A program made the position numbers and the translations under genes. Under the pieces are notes generated by a model, which saw nothing but the letters and a program-made list of their open reading frames with translations, searched no databases and was not told the origin of the DNA. This document shows, piece after piece, positions 38,798 to 48,510 of a stretch of DNA of 64,000 nucleotides. The stretch comes from Candidatus Melainabacteria bacterium 17Bon1m (lineage in GTDB: Bacteria; Cyanobacteriota; Vampirovibrionia; Obscuribacterales; Obscuribacteraceae): assembly GCA_032128875.1 (NCBI GenBank), contig JAVLKG010000002.1:96001-160000 (forward strand). Reading direction: 5' to 3'. Every line of letters starts with the position of its first letter. Within the stretch, counting starts at the first letter, position 1.

Positions 38798-39715
38798 GTG
38801 CCGCACTATCCAGAAAAACTAGAAGATCTGGCGCTTCTCGACTTCGAAAGCAAAAAGATAGGTACGTTAGCATCAGCTACTAAGATCACTGAAATAGGTG
38901 AGTTGGCACTCTTTTTCGAAGAAAATATAGAGGCAATAGAGGATCTGATTCTCCTGCCTTTGATGATTACAGCGGCGGGACCATGGCGTTCTATGGAAAC
39001 CATGTACAGAACATTTTTTCAACTTGACGCATTGAAAAAATTAGATACGACAGGTGAACCTTCTTCTGAGGAGCAAGTTGAAGAGCAAGTTGTTCATGCT
39101 TTAAGAGATTCACTGAAAGTCGAAGAGATCAAGAAGAGGTGTACGCAACAAGCTTATGCGGATATGATTGAATATCTGAACAACAAAAACACCAACAGTG
39201 AAAAGCACGTGGTGTATAGATTATTTAGCACTGCAACTGCCAATGCGTGGACTTCTTTTGAGTGTCTTGCTACGGACCTTTGGATAACTGCTATCAATCT
39301 ACATCCCAGTAAATTTGCAACGAGGTCAGGAAGCAATATCAATATTTCTGATTTGAATAAGAACAATTTCGACGTGAAAGCATTGATGGGCTCAATTCTG
39401 GCGGATAACTTTGATTTCACTGGTGTCGTAGGAATCGACAACGCATATAGCAAAACATTCGAGCACTTCGAAAAGGATTTTCTGGTAAAAAACAAACCTC
39501 TCAAGAATTTGGAAAAGAAGAGGCATTTGATAATCCACAGGCTAGGTCGTGTTGATGAGAAATTCAATAAAGATACTGGCTTAAATTTGCCAGTTGGTTC
39601 TTTACTGCCCTGTGAGATAACGGACCTTGTTTCCGACATAAATACTGTCGTTGATTCAGGATGTAGCCTTATCAAAAAGGTTGATGCGTATATTACTGCT
39701 GCGTCGATTCAGTAG
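38798..39715 (+). CDS. HEPN-like protein
   Basis: NAWTSFECLATDLW helix; RHLIIH-RLGRVD (RxxxxH); AGGAG RBS. Confidence 0.7.
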   Translation: MPHYPEKLEDLALLDFESKKIGTLASATKITEIGELALFFEENIEAIEDLILLPLMITAAGPWRSMETMYRTFFQLDALKKLDTTGEPSSEEQVEEQVVHALRDSLKVEEIKKRCTQQAYADMIEYLNNKNTNSEKHVVYRLFSTATANAWTSFECLATDLWITAINLHPSKFATRSGSNINISDLNKNNFDVKALMGSILADNFDFTGVVGIDNAYSKTFEHFEKDFLVKNKPLKNLEKKRHLIIHRLGRVDEKFNKDTGLNLPVGSLLPCEITDLVSDINTVVDSGCSLIKKVDAYITAASIQ

Positions 39716-39728
39716 GAGATGTTGTGAG

Positions 39729-41096
39729 ATGCCGGATTCAGACCCTGCAGCTATAAATCCAATATTTGAGACATGGGCGAGCCTAGTCGAATTGGGAAGA
39801 CATTCAAGAGGTGATGTAAAGGCGGCCGCGAAGTACTTTGAGGCTGCGTATGAAGAAAGCAGAAAGTTTCCCACTTTAGAATATCGACGCGCACTAAGTG
39901 CTTATTATCTCGCCTACGTTCGTGTACAGGAAGATCGTGAAGATAATGCCATAGAACTTTTTTGCGAAGCCTTACCTTTGATGGAGGCAAAGGGCGACGA
40001 ACAAAAAAGATGTTCCGATGTTCATTCGTTGCTCGGCAGCTTCTTTTTTCGAAAGAAAGAGTTAGAGAAAGCGAAGTCGCACATTATCAGCTCAACTGAC
40101 CTGCAAACGCGCGCAAGCACAGAGAATCTACAACTTTTATCAAGCATATTTCTAACTCAAGATCTCTATGTTGATGCCGAGCCTCTTTTATGCGAACTCA
40201 TCGAACGTTTGGAAAGTGAGAATGCTCCAGAATTAGAAATAACCTTAGAGAGTTTGCGCTGGGTCTACAACAAAACTGGCAACGCGCCTGGCGAGTTGAG
40301 AGTGAAAAAGAGGCTTTTGAAACTAAAGGAAGACGGAGAATTTGTACTTCAAAATAGGCATGTACAAGACCCTAATAGACCTCCAGGATGGGGGGCTGAC
40401 AAGATTACGCATTTCATTGAAACTGCAATTGGAAATCAGTTTGCAACTTTTCATACAGACCGGGCCGACTATCAAAAGCTTCTGGAGCTGGATGACCGTT
40501 TTTGGACCGCCAGACGAAATTTCAGAATTAGGATGGTTGATATTGTTTCCGAGAAAAACGATGTACTACCCTTTGAGGAAATTGAATTTAGCGCCGAGGA
40601 ATGGATTGAGATGTATTTTTTCCTTCGTGCACATGCATCTTTGCTGGGTGCTATCAGGCTAATCACGAGCGGTCAAATTCCTGAATCTCATATGCTTTTG
40701 CGTGGTTGTTTGGAAAATGCGTTGTATGCGCATTATGTTAAGAATGAAGATGAGCGGAAACGGACTTGGCTCAACCGAAATACATCTCCTGAAGCAGCTT
40801 TGGCTTGTAGAAAAGCTTTCATGAACGTTAAGGTCGAAAGTTGTCTGAGCGATGCCGATAGTGCGCTTGGGATAAAAGCAAAAAAGCTTTACGACGAAAC
40901 CATTGATTCTGGTGCACATCCGAATGTCCAGGTGTTTCTTAGGGATACATTTCAAAAAAACACAGACGGGCAAATTAACTTGATGGTCGCTTATTTGAAT
41001 CCCGACAGAATCTCAGAAACCATCGAATTTGCAGTTGACGTGGGTCGCTGTACATTATCAATTTTTGCTCCGATCTTTCCAGGGTTGATTGACTAG
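39729..41096 (+). CDS. TPR + degenerate HEPN-like (DUF5677-like) protein
   Basis: N-terminal TPRs; LLRGCLENALYAHY and LYDETIDSGAHPN; ATG 39729 has an AGGAG RBS. Confidence 0.7.
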   Translation: MPDSDPAAINPIFETWASLVELGRHSRGDVKAAAKYFEAAYEESRKFPTLEYRRALSAYYLAYVRVQEDREDNAIELFCEALPLMEAKGDEQKRCSDVHSLLGSFFFRKKELEKAKSHIISSTDLQTRASTENLQLLSSIFLTQDLYVDAEPLLCELIERLESENAPELEITLESLRWVYNKTGNAPGELRVKKRLLKLKEDGEFVLQNRHVQDPNRPPGWGADKITHFIETAIGNQFATFHTDRADYQKLLELDDRFWTARRNFRIRMVDIVSEKNDVLPFEEIEFSAEEWIEMYFFLRAHASLLGAIRLITSGQIPESHMLLRGCLENALYAHYVKNEDERKRTWLNRNTSPEAALACRKAFMNVKVESCLSDADSALGIKAKKLYDETIDSGAHPNVQVFLRDTFQKNTDGQINLMVAYLNPDRISETIEFAVDVGRCTLSIFAPIFPGLID

Positions 41097-41397
41097 CACG
41101 ATTTCAATGATGGGGAACAAATCAAAGGTGCAAAACGAAGTTGTCCTCAACAGGACTTTACCTCACTGTGTTGGCTTTTGGGTTCAGGAAAGCGGCTGTG
41201 GTATGGAGGCTTGCGTAATGCCCAAGCATCCAGATTTCGATAACTGGGAGATGCATCCAAGCTCTGATGTTGCTGTATATCCAACTGAACTAAATCATGT
41301 TTCCTATACTTCGCTCAGGACGAATCGCTCTCGTTACAGAAGAAAAGTTTCGTGTAAGCGTAGGATCCAGCAACGTTACGGAGAGGGGTTCTAAACA

Positions 41398-42372
41398 ATG
41401 CCAGATTTTCATCAGCCAGCGCAGGATTTGACTTGCGCATCATTCTCCCTGGCAATAGTACACCGAGGCGAGGATGATGATTGGCAATTGGAAGGCACCG
41501 CTGCTCTAATTGGCGAAAATCTCGCAATCACGAACAATCACGTAATTAATGGAGTTAATAGTGCGCGCGAGCCCAGGTTGCGCCAGAAGTTTCAGACGCT
41601 TAAAGCATTAGGTGAAGAACCTGAAGGAATTTTTCAAACGTCTTACCATCTGCTTGCCTTGAGATTTGATGCAAAAATGAAACCAAATGGAGTTTGGCAG
41701 GCTATTCACGTAAACTCAGGGGGGGGCGCAACTGACTTTGCCCTCCTACATCTCATGCCTCTCGACGACATCGCCAAATCTGAGGCGGGTCTTTCATCTC
41801 CAACGCTAAATTTTCATTTGCCTACTGCGGGAGCAGACGTAAGCAGTTTTGGATTTCCCGCGGGTGCTGTTTTGGGGGAAACATTGGAGCCACCGTTCGA
41901 CTTATTTCTCCAAACGCCTCTATCACAAGCTAAAGGCAAAATTCAATCAGTTCGGGCGTCAAAAGAACTCAAGAACTATCCAATTTTCGAAACTGATTTG
42001 CCAACGCAGCATGGTATGAGCGGTGGACCTGTTGTGTCGCAAAATGGTGAATTGATTGGTCTCAATAGCTCAATGATGGTGGATACTCAATGGTCACTTC
42101 CATTGTGGCCCATTTTGTTTCTCCATCTACCGGAGCACTACCGGACGCCTGAAGTATTGCCAGAATATGCGCGAGAGTCTTTCGGAGATCGGCTTATTAC
42201 CAGGGCTTATGCCGGAAGAATCAAGTTTAACTCGCAAATGAACTTGGACCAAATGATGCGCTTTATGTGCTTCGAGGAATTAGCCGAAGAGATTCAGCGA
42301 TTGAAAGCAAATCCTCCTGCACCAATATCTGTAGACTTTGCTCAGAAAATTATTTCCTTTCTAACTACATAA
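41398..42372 (+). CDS. Cytoplasmic trypsin-like serine protease
   Basis: TNNHV (His), TDFALL (Asp), GMSGGPV (Ser); no signal peptide. Confidence 0.85.
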   Translation: MPDFHQPAQDLTCASFSLAIVHRGEDDDWQLEGTAALIGENLAITNNHVINGVNSAREPRLRQKFQTLKALGEEPEGIFQTSYHLLALRFDAKMKPNGVWQAIHVNSGGGATDFALLHLMPLDDIAKSEAGLSSPTLNFHLPTAGADVSSFGFPAGAVLGETLEPPFDLFLQTPLSQAKGKIQSVRASKELKNYPIFETDLPTQHGMSGGPVVSQNGELIGLNSSMMVDTQWSLPLWPILFLHLPEHYRTPEVLPEYARESFGDRLITRAYAGRIKFNSQMNLDQMMRFMCFEELAEEIQRLKANPPAPISVDFAQKIISFLTT

Positions 42373-42424
42373 CGGCTTTTGAAAACTTGAAAAATTACTG
42401 TTCAATGGCATTCTAAAACTCTCT

Positions 42425-45400
42425 GTGAATAAAATGGCCAAACATCCACAACAAAGAAATGCTAGCTACTGGACAGAAATGCGTAAGGCAATTTTCGTGT
42501 CTTTAAGAGATAGAGGCGAGTCTCTTTCTGAATTGTACGAGTTTGCTGTGGAAACGCTTTACGCTGATGAGTATGTTCCTGGATGGTCTAGACTGGTTGC
42601 ACATTCCATCAGAGAAATTTGTAATCGACTTCCAGATGTATTTCTGCAAGAAACTATCGTTCGTCTAAAACCAGAAAAGGATCTCCCAAGGATTTTAGAT
42701 TTATGGAGAGCCTCCCATCTAGATCCTAATTCAGCACTTATTCAGGATTTCAATCACCTAGATGATCTTTCATTGAGTGATCAAACAGCGACTCTAGCAG
42801 TGCCAATTGTGACACTGGAAGAAACGCGGAGGCTCTTAATTGGTTGGAATGCCAGCTTAGAGGGTGCAAGCCGAAAAGCCAGAAAGCTCCTAATAGAACT
42901 ATCATCTGGAACCCCTCAGCATATCGGTACTGCAGAAGCGAGCATTAGAGGTTGGACTGGAATAATCAAATGGTCTGTAAGCAATGCGCACAGCATGAGG
43001 TCTGACTCAGAGTTCAGCATTGAGGTTTACAGGAAAACCTTTGAAAGCTTTGAAGGTCATTTACTATCTATTCTCAGCCGGTTCTTTGACACGTTGAAGT
43101 ATGTAGACGCCGCCTTAGAAAATCTAAGTATTGAAAATCTAGATCAAACGCTCGGTTTGCTCTTGCTCCCTCAGCATCAAAATTACTTTTTCAACAATCT
43201 GGCAAATCCAGACGTATTGGAACGCCTTGTTGAGAGAGGCTTTTTTAGAGATCCACCTTCAAGATCTTTTGAGCGAGAGTATTGCGTTTGGCCAGCTTTG
43301 TCCTATCTGGCGAAAGTTGCGTCGGTGAAGCCAGACCTAGTATCTAGCTTGTTAGAGAAACTACCAGATATAACCAATCCTTATGTATGCGACTCTATTG
43401 CAAAGGTTTGTGTGAACCTTCCTCCCTTGCAAGCCAGCAAACACGTTCATCGATACATCCGTTGGAGCAAACTTTCCTTTTATGCAGAACTGCCAGCGCT
43501 CATGCGATCCATTCTTATTTCATTGTCCACAGATCAATTCAAGCATCATGCCTTTAAGGTTTTACGCGAATGGCTGAAGCTCAAATTAAGCGACGATTTA
43601 AAACACAGGGCTTACTTGGATGAACGCAATATTGTTGCAAAAATTGGTTCATACTCATATGAAGAGCTATTGAATCACTGCATCCCCGTGCTACTCAAGC
43701 TTGAGGCACTTGAAGCGTTGCGGCAAGTAGTTGACGTCTTGCACGACGCGATTTCTACGATAGATACTGCAAACGAAATTGATGAGTATGATTGGACGAA
43801 GGCATGGTGGAGAGATATATCGAAGGACTTTCCCGAATGGAATCGAAGCACGCTGTCGTATGTAGCTGTATTTCTCAGAAATCAAATGATTGAAGCTATT
43901 ACAAGTGGCTTGTTAACGCTTCCACAGTTGCTTGACCTTCTGAAAGTCCGCGATCACAAAATCTTTCGCCGCATCGAGTTTTTCTTAATCGGAAGGTTTC
44001 CGGATTTGTGTGCCCATAGTACTCGCACTGTACTTGTCCGTACTGATTTTATGTTGGACAGTGATGTGCAGACTGAGTATAAGTATGCTTTACAGAAGGC
44101 GTTTTCTTTATTGCATTCGGATGAACAAGAAAACCTGTTAAGAGCTGTCAACAGAGGACCAGACCTAACGAGATACAGAAATTGGCAGATTCACGAAGCT
44201 TCAGGTGGCCCAACTGAAGATGAAGAAAGATGCTATATCGATGAGTGGAAGTCTCGCTGGTTAAAGGTGATGTTGAAGCAATCTACAACAGAAATTGATA
44301 ATACCGTAGATGATGAGCTGGAACTTGACGAATGGATTGATGATGATCCTGTTTTTGACTTTCGCAATAAGAACGCAGAGAAAATAATTCAAGAGATAGA
44401 GGCGCATAACAGAGTCAATATTCATCACCGTTCTGACTATGCTATTAGAGATGCTCTGTCTATCGCTACTAAAGAGAAGCCAGATGTATTCGTTCAAAGT
44501 TTGAAACTTCTTTCGAAACTCGAACCTTACTATTTAGCAGCGATTGTGGCAGAGTTCTCTCATTATATTGATTCTGCCAAGCAACAGAATGTTGAGGTAA
44601 ATTTATTGCTTATACTGCGGAACTTTTGCAGGGCAACAGGAAGAGGAGCAGAAGACCTAAAATTTGAAGTGATTCGTCTTTTAAACCATCGATTCAAGGC
44701 TAATTGCGAGAGGTTATTGATACCTAAAAATAGAAACTTGGTTTGGTCGATAATCACAAGGTGTGAAGGAAACCTTACCAGTGCTCCAAGGGTGTCAATG
44801 GGAGAAAGAGAGGACTTTGACCTTTACAATGTTTCTTTCAACGACTTTTCCAGCATGGTTATCGAATGCGTGATTGAGTTTGCGAAGTGGCAGCACCAAA
44901 CAAGCAAGCGGAGCAATAAGAGAAGTGTTCTCCCAAACCGTGTTCGAGTTTTACTCAACAAGGCTTTGAAAAGAAAGAATAAAGTCTTAAACGCAGTCGT
45001 GGCCTTCCATTACACAACCCTTTGTATCTTGGACAAACGTTGGGCAATGGCAATCATTCCAGAACTATTTGAGCCAATGAACACAACAAAGTCGCGTGGA
45101 ATGACGAGCTTCATGGTCTTTTTGAAGTGGAATTCTGCCAGGACGATTGTATATAACATTCTTCGGACAAAGTATCAGCGCTGTGCAGAAGTGCTAGGCG
45201 CGATGCGAACGGACAACGGAACATCGCTAGCGCAAGATGTTGTTAGAAGTTTTGCCGAACACTTGGTCCAACTCTATGCGAGTGGATCAGTCAAAAGCGA
45301 CGAAATGATAACACTCCTCCCCGCAACTGCCTTGGAATTGCGAAAAGTTGTGTTGGAAGTTGCCGGGGATATGTTGGAGATGGCCAGAGAGGATCTGTCG

Positions 45401-45826
45401 TCTGAAATTCAGCAGCGACTAATGAGTTTATGGGAACTACTTTTTGATCCGTCTTTGTTTAGTGGCGCGGAGATATTTTCCACCTGGTTACAGTCGAGAA
45501 AATTGCCGTTGGAATGGTCACTTTCAGTGTTTCAGGAATGTCTACAGAACATGCAAGAGTGGGATATGAGTTCTGGTAATCCAGGACGACTTGTATCCAG
45601 CCTGCGTGAGGCATTTGTTGAGTCACCGTATGTAACTTTGAAATGTTGTTTACTTGTGGCGCAAGTTGTAAAACTTTCCTGGGTCCCTGAGCAATGGACT
45701 CATGACTACAAGTATGTAATTTCCTCTGCAAAGAGTTCAGGTGACGAGGAGCAAGTCAGACTTGCTAACGATCTGTTGGATATCTTGGGCAACAAGGGCT
45801 TCCTGGATTTCAGGGATGGTGATTAA
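42425..45826 (+). CDS. Large helical-repeat protein with putative N-terminal HEPN-like domain
   Basis: RLVAHSIREICNRL..SNAH N-terminus; YFFNNL..RGFF..WPALSYLAKVA then long HEAT/ARM-like region; no P-loop seen. Confidence 0.75.
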   Translation: MNKMAKHPQQRNASYWTEMRKAIFVSLRDRGESLSELYEFAVETLYADEYVPGWSRLVAHSIREICNRLPDVFLQETIVRLKPEKDLPRILDLWRASHLDPNSALIQDFNHLDDLSLSDQTATLAVPIVTLEETRRLLIGWNASLEGASRKARKLLIELSSGTPQHIGTAEASIRGWTGIIKWSVSNAHSMRSDSEFSIEVYRKTFESFEGHLLSILSRFFDTLKYVDAALENLSIENLDQTLGLLLLPQHQNYFFNNLANPDVLERLVERGFFRDPPSRSFEREYCVWPALSYLAKVASVKPDLVSSLLEKLPDITNPYVCDSIAKVCVNLPPLQASKHVHRYIRWSKLSFYAELPALMRSILISLSTDQFKHHAFKVLREWLKLKLSDDLKHRAYLDERNIVAKIGSYSYEELLNHCIPVLLKLEALEALRQVVDVLHDAISTIDTANEIDEYDWTKAWWRDISKDFPEWNRSTLSYVAVFLRNQMIEAITSGLLTLPQLLDLLKVRDHKIFRRIEFFLIGRFPDLCAHSTRTVLVRTDFMLDSDVQTEYKYALQKAFSLLHSDEQENLLRAVNRGPDLTRYRNWQIHEASGGPTEDEERCYIDEWKSRWLKVMLKQSTTEIDNTVDDELELDEWIDDDPVFDFRNKNAEKIIQEIEAHNRVNIHHRSDYAIRDALSIATKEKPDVFVQSLKLLSKLEPYYLAAIVAEFSHYIDSAKQQNVEVNLLLILRNFCRATGRGAEDLKFEVIRLLNHRFKANCERLLIPKNRNLVWSIITRCEGNLTSAPRVSMGEREDFDLYNVSFNDFSSMVIECVIEFAKWQHQTSKRSNKRSVLPNRVRVLLNKALKRKNKVLNAVVAFHYTTLCILDKRWAMAIIPELFEPMNTTKSRGMTSFMVFLKWNSARTIVYNILRTKYQRCAEVLGAMRTDNGTSLAQDVVRSFAEHLVQLYASGSVKSDEMITLLPATALELRKVVLEVAGDMLEMAREDLSSEIQQRLMSLWELLFDPSLFSGAEIFSTWLQSRKLPLEWSLSVFQECLQNMQEWDMSSGNPGRLVSSLREAFVESPYVTLKCCLLVAQVVKLSWVPEQWTHDYKYVISSAKSSGDEEQVRLANDLLDILGNKGFLDFRDGD

Positions 45827-45827
45827 C

Positions 45828-45960
45828 TGTCCTAGCTAAGACTTGATCTGACACCCGGTATACTCCAACTTACGACGGTACGGAGGTGTCAACATGACTT
45901 TAGCCGAGCGCATAATCAAGCCGAAGCTAGGTTGTCCCGCGAAATCTTAAGTCGAAAACA
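45828..45960 (+). mobile_element. IS481-family remnant (internally deleted)
   Basis: Starts TGT; GGAGG RBS then MTLAERIIKPKLG (IS481-type N-terminus); ends in ACA with partial inverted similarity. Confidence 0.6.
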
Positions 45961-46047
45961 GAATTCTCCTTCCATAGAATCCACTCTCGCCTTCGATTGG
46001 AACGCGCAAAAGTGTAACCGTTCTCTCCGGAACGTTCTGTTACCTAT

Positions 46048-46064
46048 GTGTTCGGGCCGAACAC
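46048..46064 (-). terminator. Hairpin downstream of tRNA-Pro
   Basis: GTGTTCG-GGC-CGAACAC inverted repeat. Confidence 0.4.
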
Positions 46065-46074
46065 TCAACAAAAA

Positions 46075-46148
46075 TCGGGACGACAGGATTTGAACCTGCG
46101 ACCTACTGCTCCCAAAGCAGCCGCGCTACCAAGCTGCGCCACGTCCCG
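46075..46148 (-). tRNA. tRNA-Pro(TGG)
   Basis: CGGGACGTGGCGCAGCTTGGTAGCGCGGCTGC-TTTGGGA-GCAGTAGGTCGCAGGTTCAAATCCTGTCGTCCCGA; CCA not encoded. Confidence 0.97.
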
Positions 46149-46231
46149 GTCAGGGTTCAATATATCACGAAGAGGTCGTCAAGGCACGAACAGGGCGTTT
46201 CACCCTGTAACAGTAGCCGGCACATCCAGAC

Positions 46232-46257
46232 GTCGGCGAGCCGCCCGCGCTCCCAGG
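46232..46257 (+). repeat. REP-like family A copy
   Basis: gtcggcgagccgcccgcgctcccagg, variant of 50465-50494. Confidence 0.7.
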
Positions 46258-48399
46258 CTACGGGACGAAGTTTGTTGGTTCTTCGGCGTGGGGGGCTGTG
46301 CGAGTGCCAGAGCTGGATGCAGAGTTGGAGCTGGGTTTGTGTTCGCGGGCGGCTGCCATGCGGGCTTCGCGAGCCAAGCGGCGCTCTTCACGGCGGCGTT
46401 CGGAACGGCTGGCGCGGGAGCTTGAGCTGTAGTCGTTAGATTCGCGGCTTGAGGAGGCTTCACGGCGTGGTGGAGCGCTCTCCTGGGCTGCTGAGGCGAC
46501 TGGTTTGGAAGAGTTGACGCTGCTTTCCGGCACAAAGCCTTCGCGCCCGTTGACCCGTATTTTGTACCAGCCGTCGCGTCTGCCGATGATTTCGACCTGT
46601 TCGCCTCTCGACAAGCGGTTGACTGTTCTGTATGCGCCGCTCGGACCGCGACGAACCTGTATTACCGAATCGCCGGAATTGCTTATGAAGCCAGCTGTTA
46701 CAGGAACAGCAGGCGCATCCTTGATAGACGGGTCTCGCGAAACAGCCACTCCGCCCGATGGTTTCGGCGGTGCTTTCGGGGTTTCAGCAACTTGCTGTGT
46801 CTGCTTTTCAGCAGCCTTTTGAGTTTCGGCAGGCTTGCGAGTTTCAGCGGGTTTTGATGTTTCAATCGGTGTGCGTGACTCAACTGTTCTCGAAATACCA
46901 GAGGTTTTCGATGAGCCGGCTGTCTTTTCAATGATTTTCGCTGGTTCGTTCTTCAAGCCTTGAACATTCACTGGAATCTGTTTCTCACCACGACGCTCAA
47001 CAATCGGCGCTGGCACTTTGGTCAGATTGGATGTGTTTGAAGAATTGGTGTTGGATGCGCTGGAGTTCGAGGCGCTCGACGAATTTGACGCAGAATTAGA
47101 GGAGGTGTTGTCTGCGCCTGAAGTAGTGTTGATATTCTGGCGCACTACTGACGGTACCATTGCTGTCGGCATTGGTTTTAGCTGCCCAGGCATTTGTGCG
47201 TTTTGAATTTCTTCGCCGGCTGTTTTGGTAATTGTGTTTGCTACCCAATTGCCACCACCGCTTCTTCCGCCGGATTGGGCGAGTTCTACAATGAATGATC
47301 CACCTGGCGATACCAAACCAAATCTATTTGACGACTGCGCACGTCTTCTCTTGCTGGCTGACTTGATCTTCGACACTGTGAAAGCAGAAGGTTGCAAGCC
47401 TCTGAATTCACCAATTTGACTTTGTGCGTTTGCGGAAAGATAGGGTTTGCTCTCGGGACTCACCTCATCAAACTTCAAACTCCGTGCCACCGCATGCAGT
47501 GCCGCAAGTTGCCCTTTCCCATGCGGAATGGCACCAGTGAATTTGCCTTGATCCCAAACAAAAGTTGTCTTGAGCAACTCATCATCGGCCGTTGCTGCCA
47601 CGTGTGCGTTGTTGGCGAATGCTCCTTCGACTACACCAATTGAATAGAGTGAGACTTCAAGATTGACGTCTTTGTTGTTTTTCGCGAAAGACACATTTCC
47701 TTCTCCGCGAATCGGCGGTACGGATTTGTCTGATTGATCGCGAATTGCATCCGGCATCAAGGCGTACACTTTTACCAGTGGTTTGCGCGGACCTTGTCCC
47801 GCTGTGTGACCAATCGCGATGAGCACTGGACCTGCAGGATCGCTCACGACCTGCGCCCCGTCGCATACTTCCAATCCTGGAATGTTGACGACTTTGGTAT
47901 CAGTGTCGTTTTTAATAACCAAATAATTGCTCGCCTGAAGCATCGTGTCGATTTCGACAATCTTCAAGCCGCGCGGCAATTCAATTACATGTACTTCGAA
48001 GACCTGGATCGGTAGCGCTGTTTGCAATGCGCTTGCGACTTGGGCGCCGCTCATTGTTCCGGTTTTCTTCAAATACTCTTTGACGGCTTTGTCCAAATCA
48101 GCCTTTAGTTTTTCTGCATCAGCAAGATTTTTCGGACCAGCTCCAAATCGTTTTGCCACCGCCGCCAAATCACTTTGCGGGTCGTGCTTGACGGTTACTG
48201 CGGCTCCGATACCCATGAGCCCCGCGCCAGCGAGTCCGATGACAGCAACGGCGCCAAAGACGAACGGCATCGGCGTGCGTCTACGAGGCAGCGTCTTGCC
48301 GCACTCGACACATTTGCGAGCGGCTACTGAATTTCTGACTTCACATTCGGGACAACGCATTGGGTGACCTGACTGGACCTGGGATTCCTGACGTTGCAT
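46258..48399 (-). CDS. Zinc-ribbon/TM protein with C-terminal SH3b domain
   Basis: CPEC..CVEC, TM, low-complexity linker, VRRGPS..LSRGEQVEIIGRRDGWYKIRVNGREGFV. Confidence 0.85.
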   Translation of the reverse strand: MQRQESQVQSGHPMRCPECEVRNSVAARKCVECGKTLPRRRTPMPFVFGAVAVIGLAGAGLMGIGAAVTVKHDPQSDLAAVAKRFGAGPKNLADAEKLKADLDKAVKEYLKKTGTMSGAQVASALQTALPIQVFEVHVIELPRGLKIVEIDTMLQASNYLVIKNDTDTKVVNIPGLEVCDGAQVVSDPAGPVLIAIGHTAGQGPRKPLVKVYALMPDAIRDQSDKSVPPIRGEGNVSFAKNNKDVNLEVSLYSIGVVEGAFANNAHVAATADDELLKTTFVWDQGKFTGAIPHGKGQLAALHAVARSLKFDEVSPESKPYLSANAQSQIGEFRGLQPSAFTVSKIKSASKRRRAQSSNRFGLVSPGGSFIVELAQSGGRSGGGNWVANTITKTAGEEIQNAQMPGQLKPMPTAMVPSVVRQNINTTSGADNTSSNSASNSSSASNSSASNTNSSNTSNLTKVPAPIVERRGEKQIPVNVQGLKNEPAKIIEKTAGSSKTSGISRTVESRTPIETSKPAETRKPAETQKAAEKQTQQVAETPKAPPKPSGGVAVSRDPSIKDAPAVPVTAGFISNSGDSVIQVRRGPSGAYRTVNRLSRGEQVEIIGRRDGWYKIRVNGREGFVPESSVNSSKPVASAAQESAPPRREASSSRESNDYSSSSRASRSERRREERRLAREARMAAAREHKPSSNSASSSGTRTAPHAEEPTNFVP

Positions 48400-48510
48400 C
48401 GGCGCGCGAGCGCCAGCAATAAAAACGGACCAGCTATTTGACCATCTATCTAAAAGGTTGAGAAGAGTAGTCTACTAGATATAATAGCCTGCCATAAACT
48501 TTCGTTCAGA

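Noticed and set aside
46048-46535. ORFs 46048-46425 and 46200-46535
   Set aside because: Overlap the tRNA and/or the SH3 gene; shadow frames
47030-47110. Ser/Asn-rich repeats in the SH3 protein
   Set aside because: Ordinary low-complexity linker
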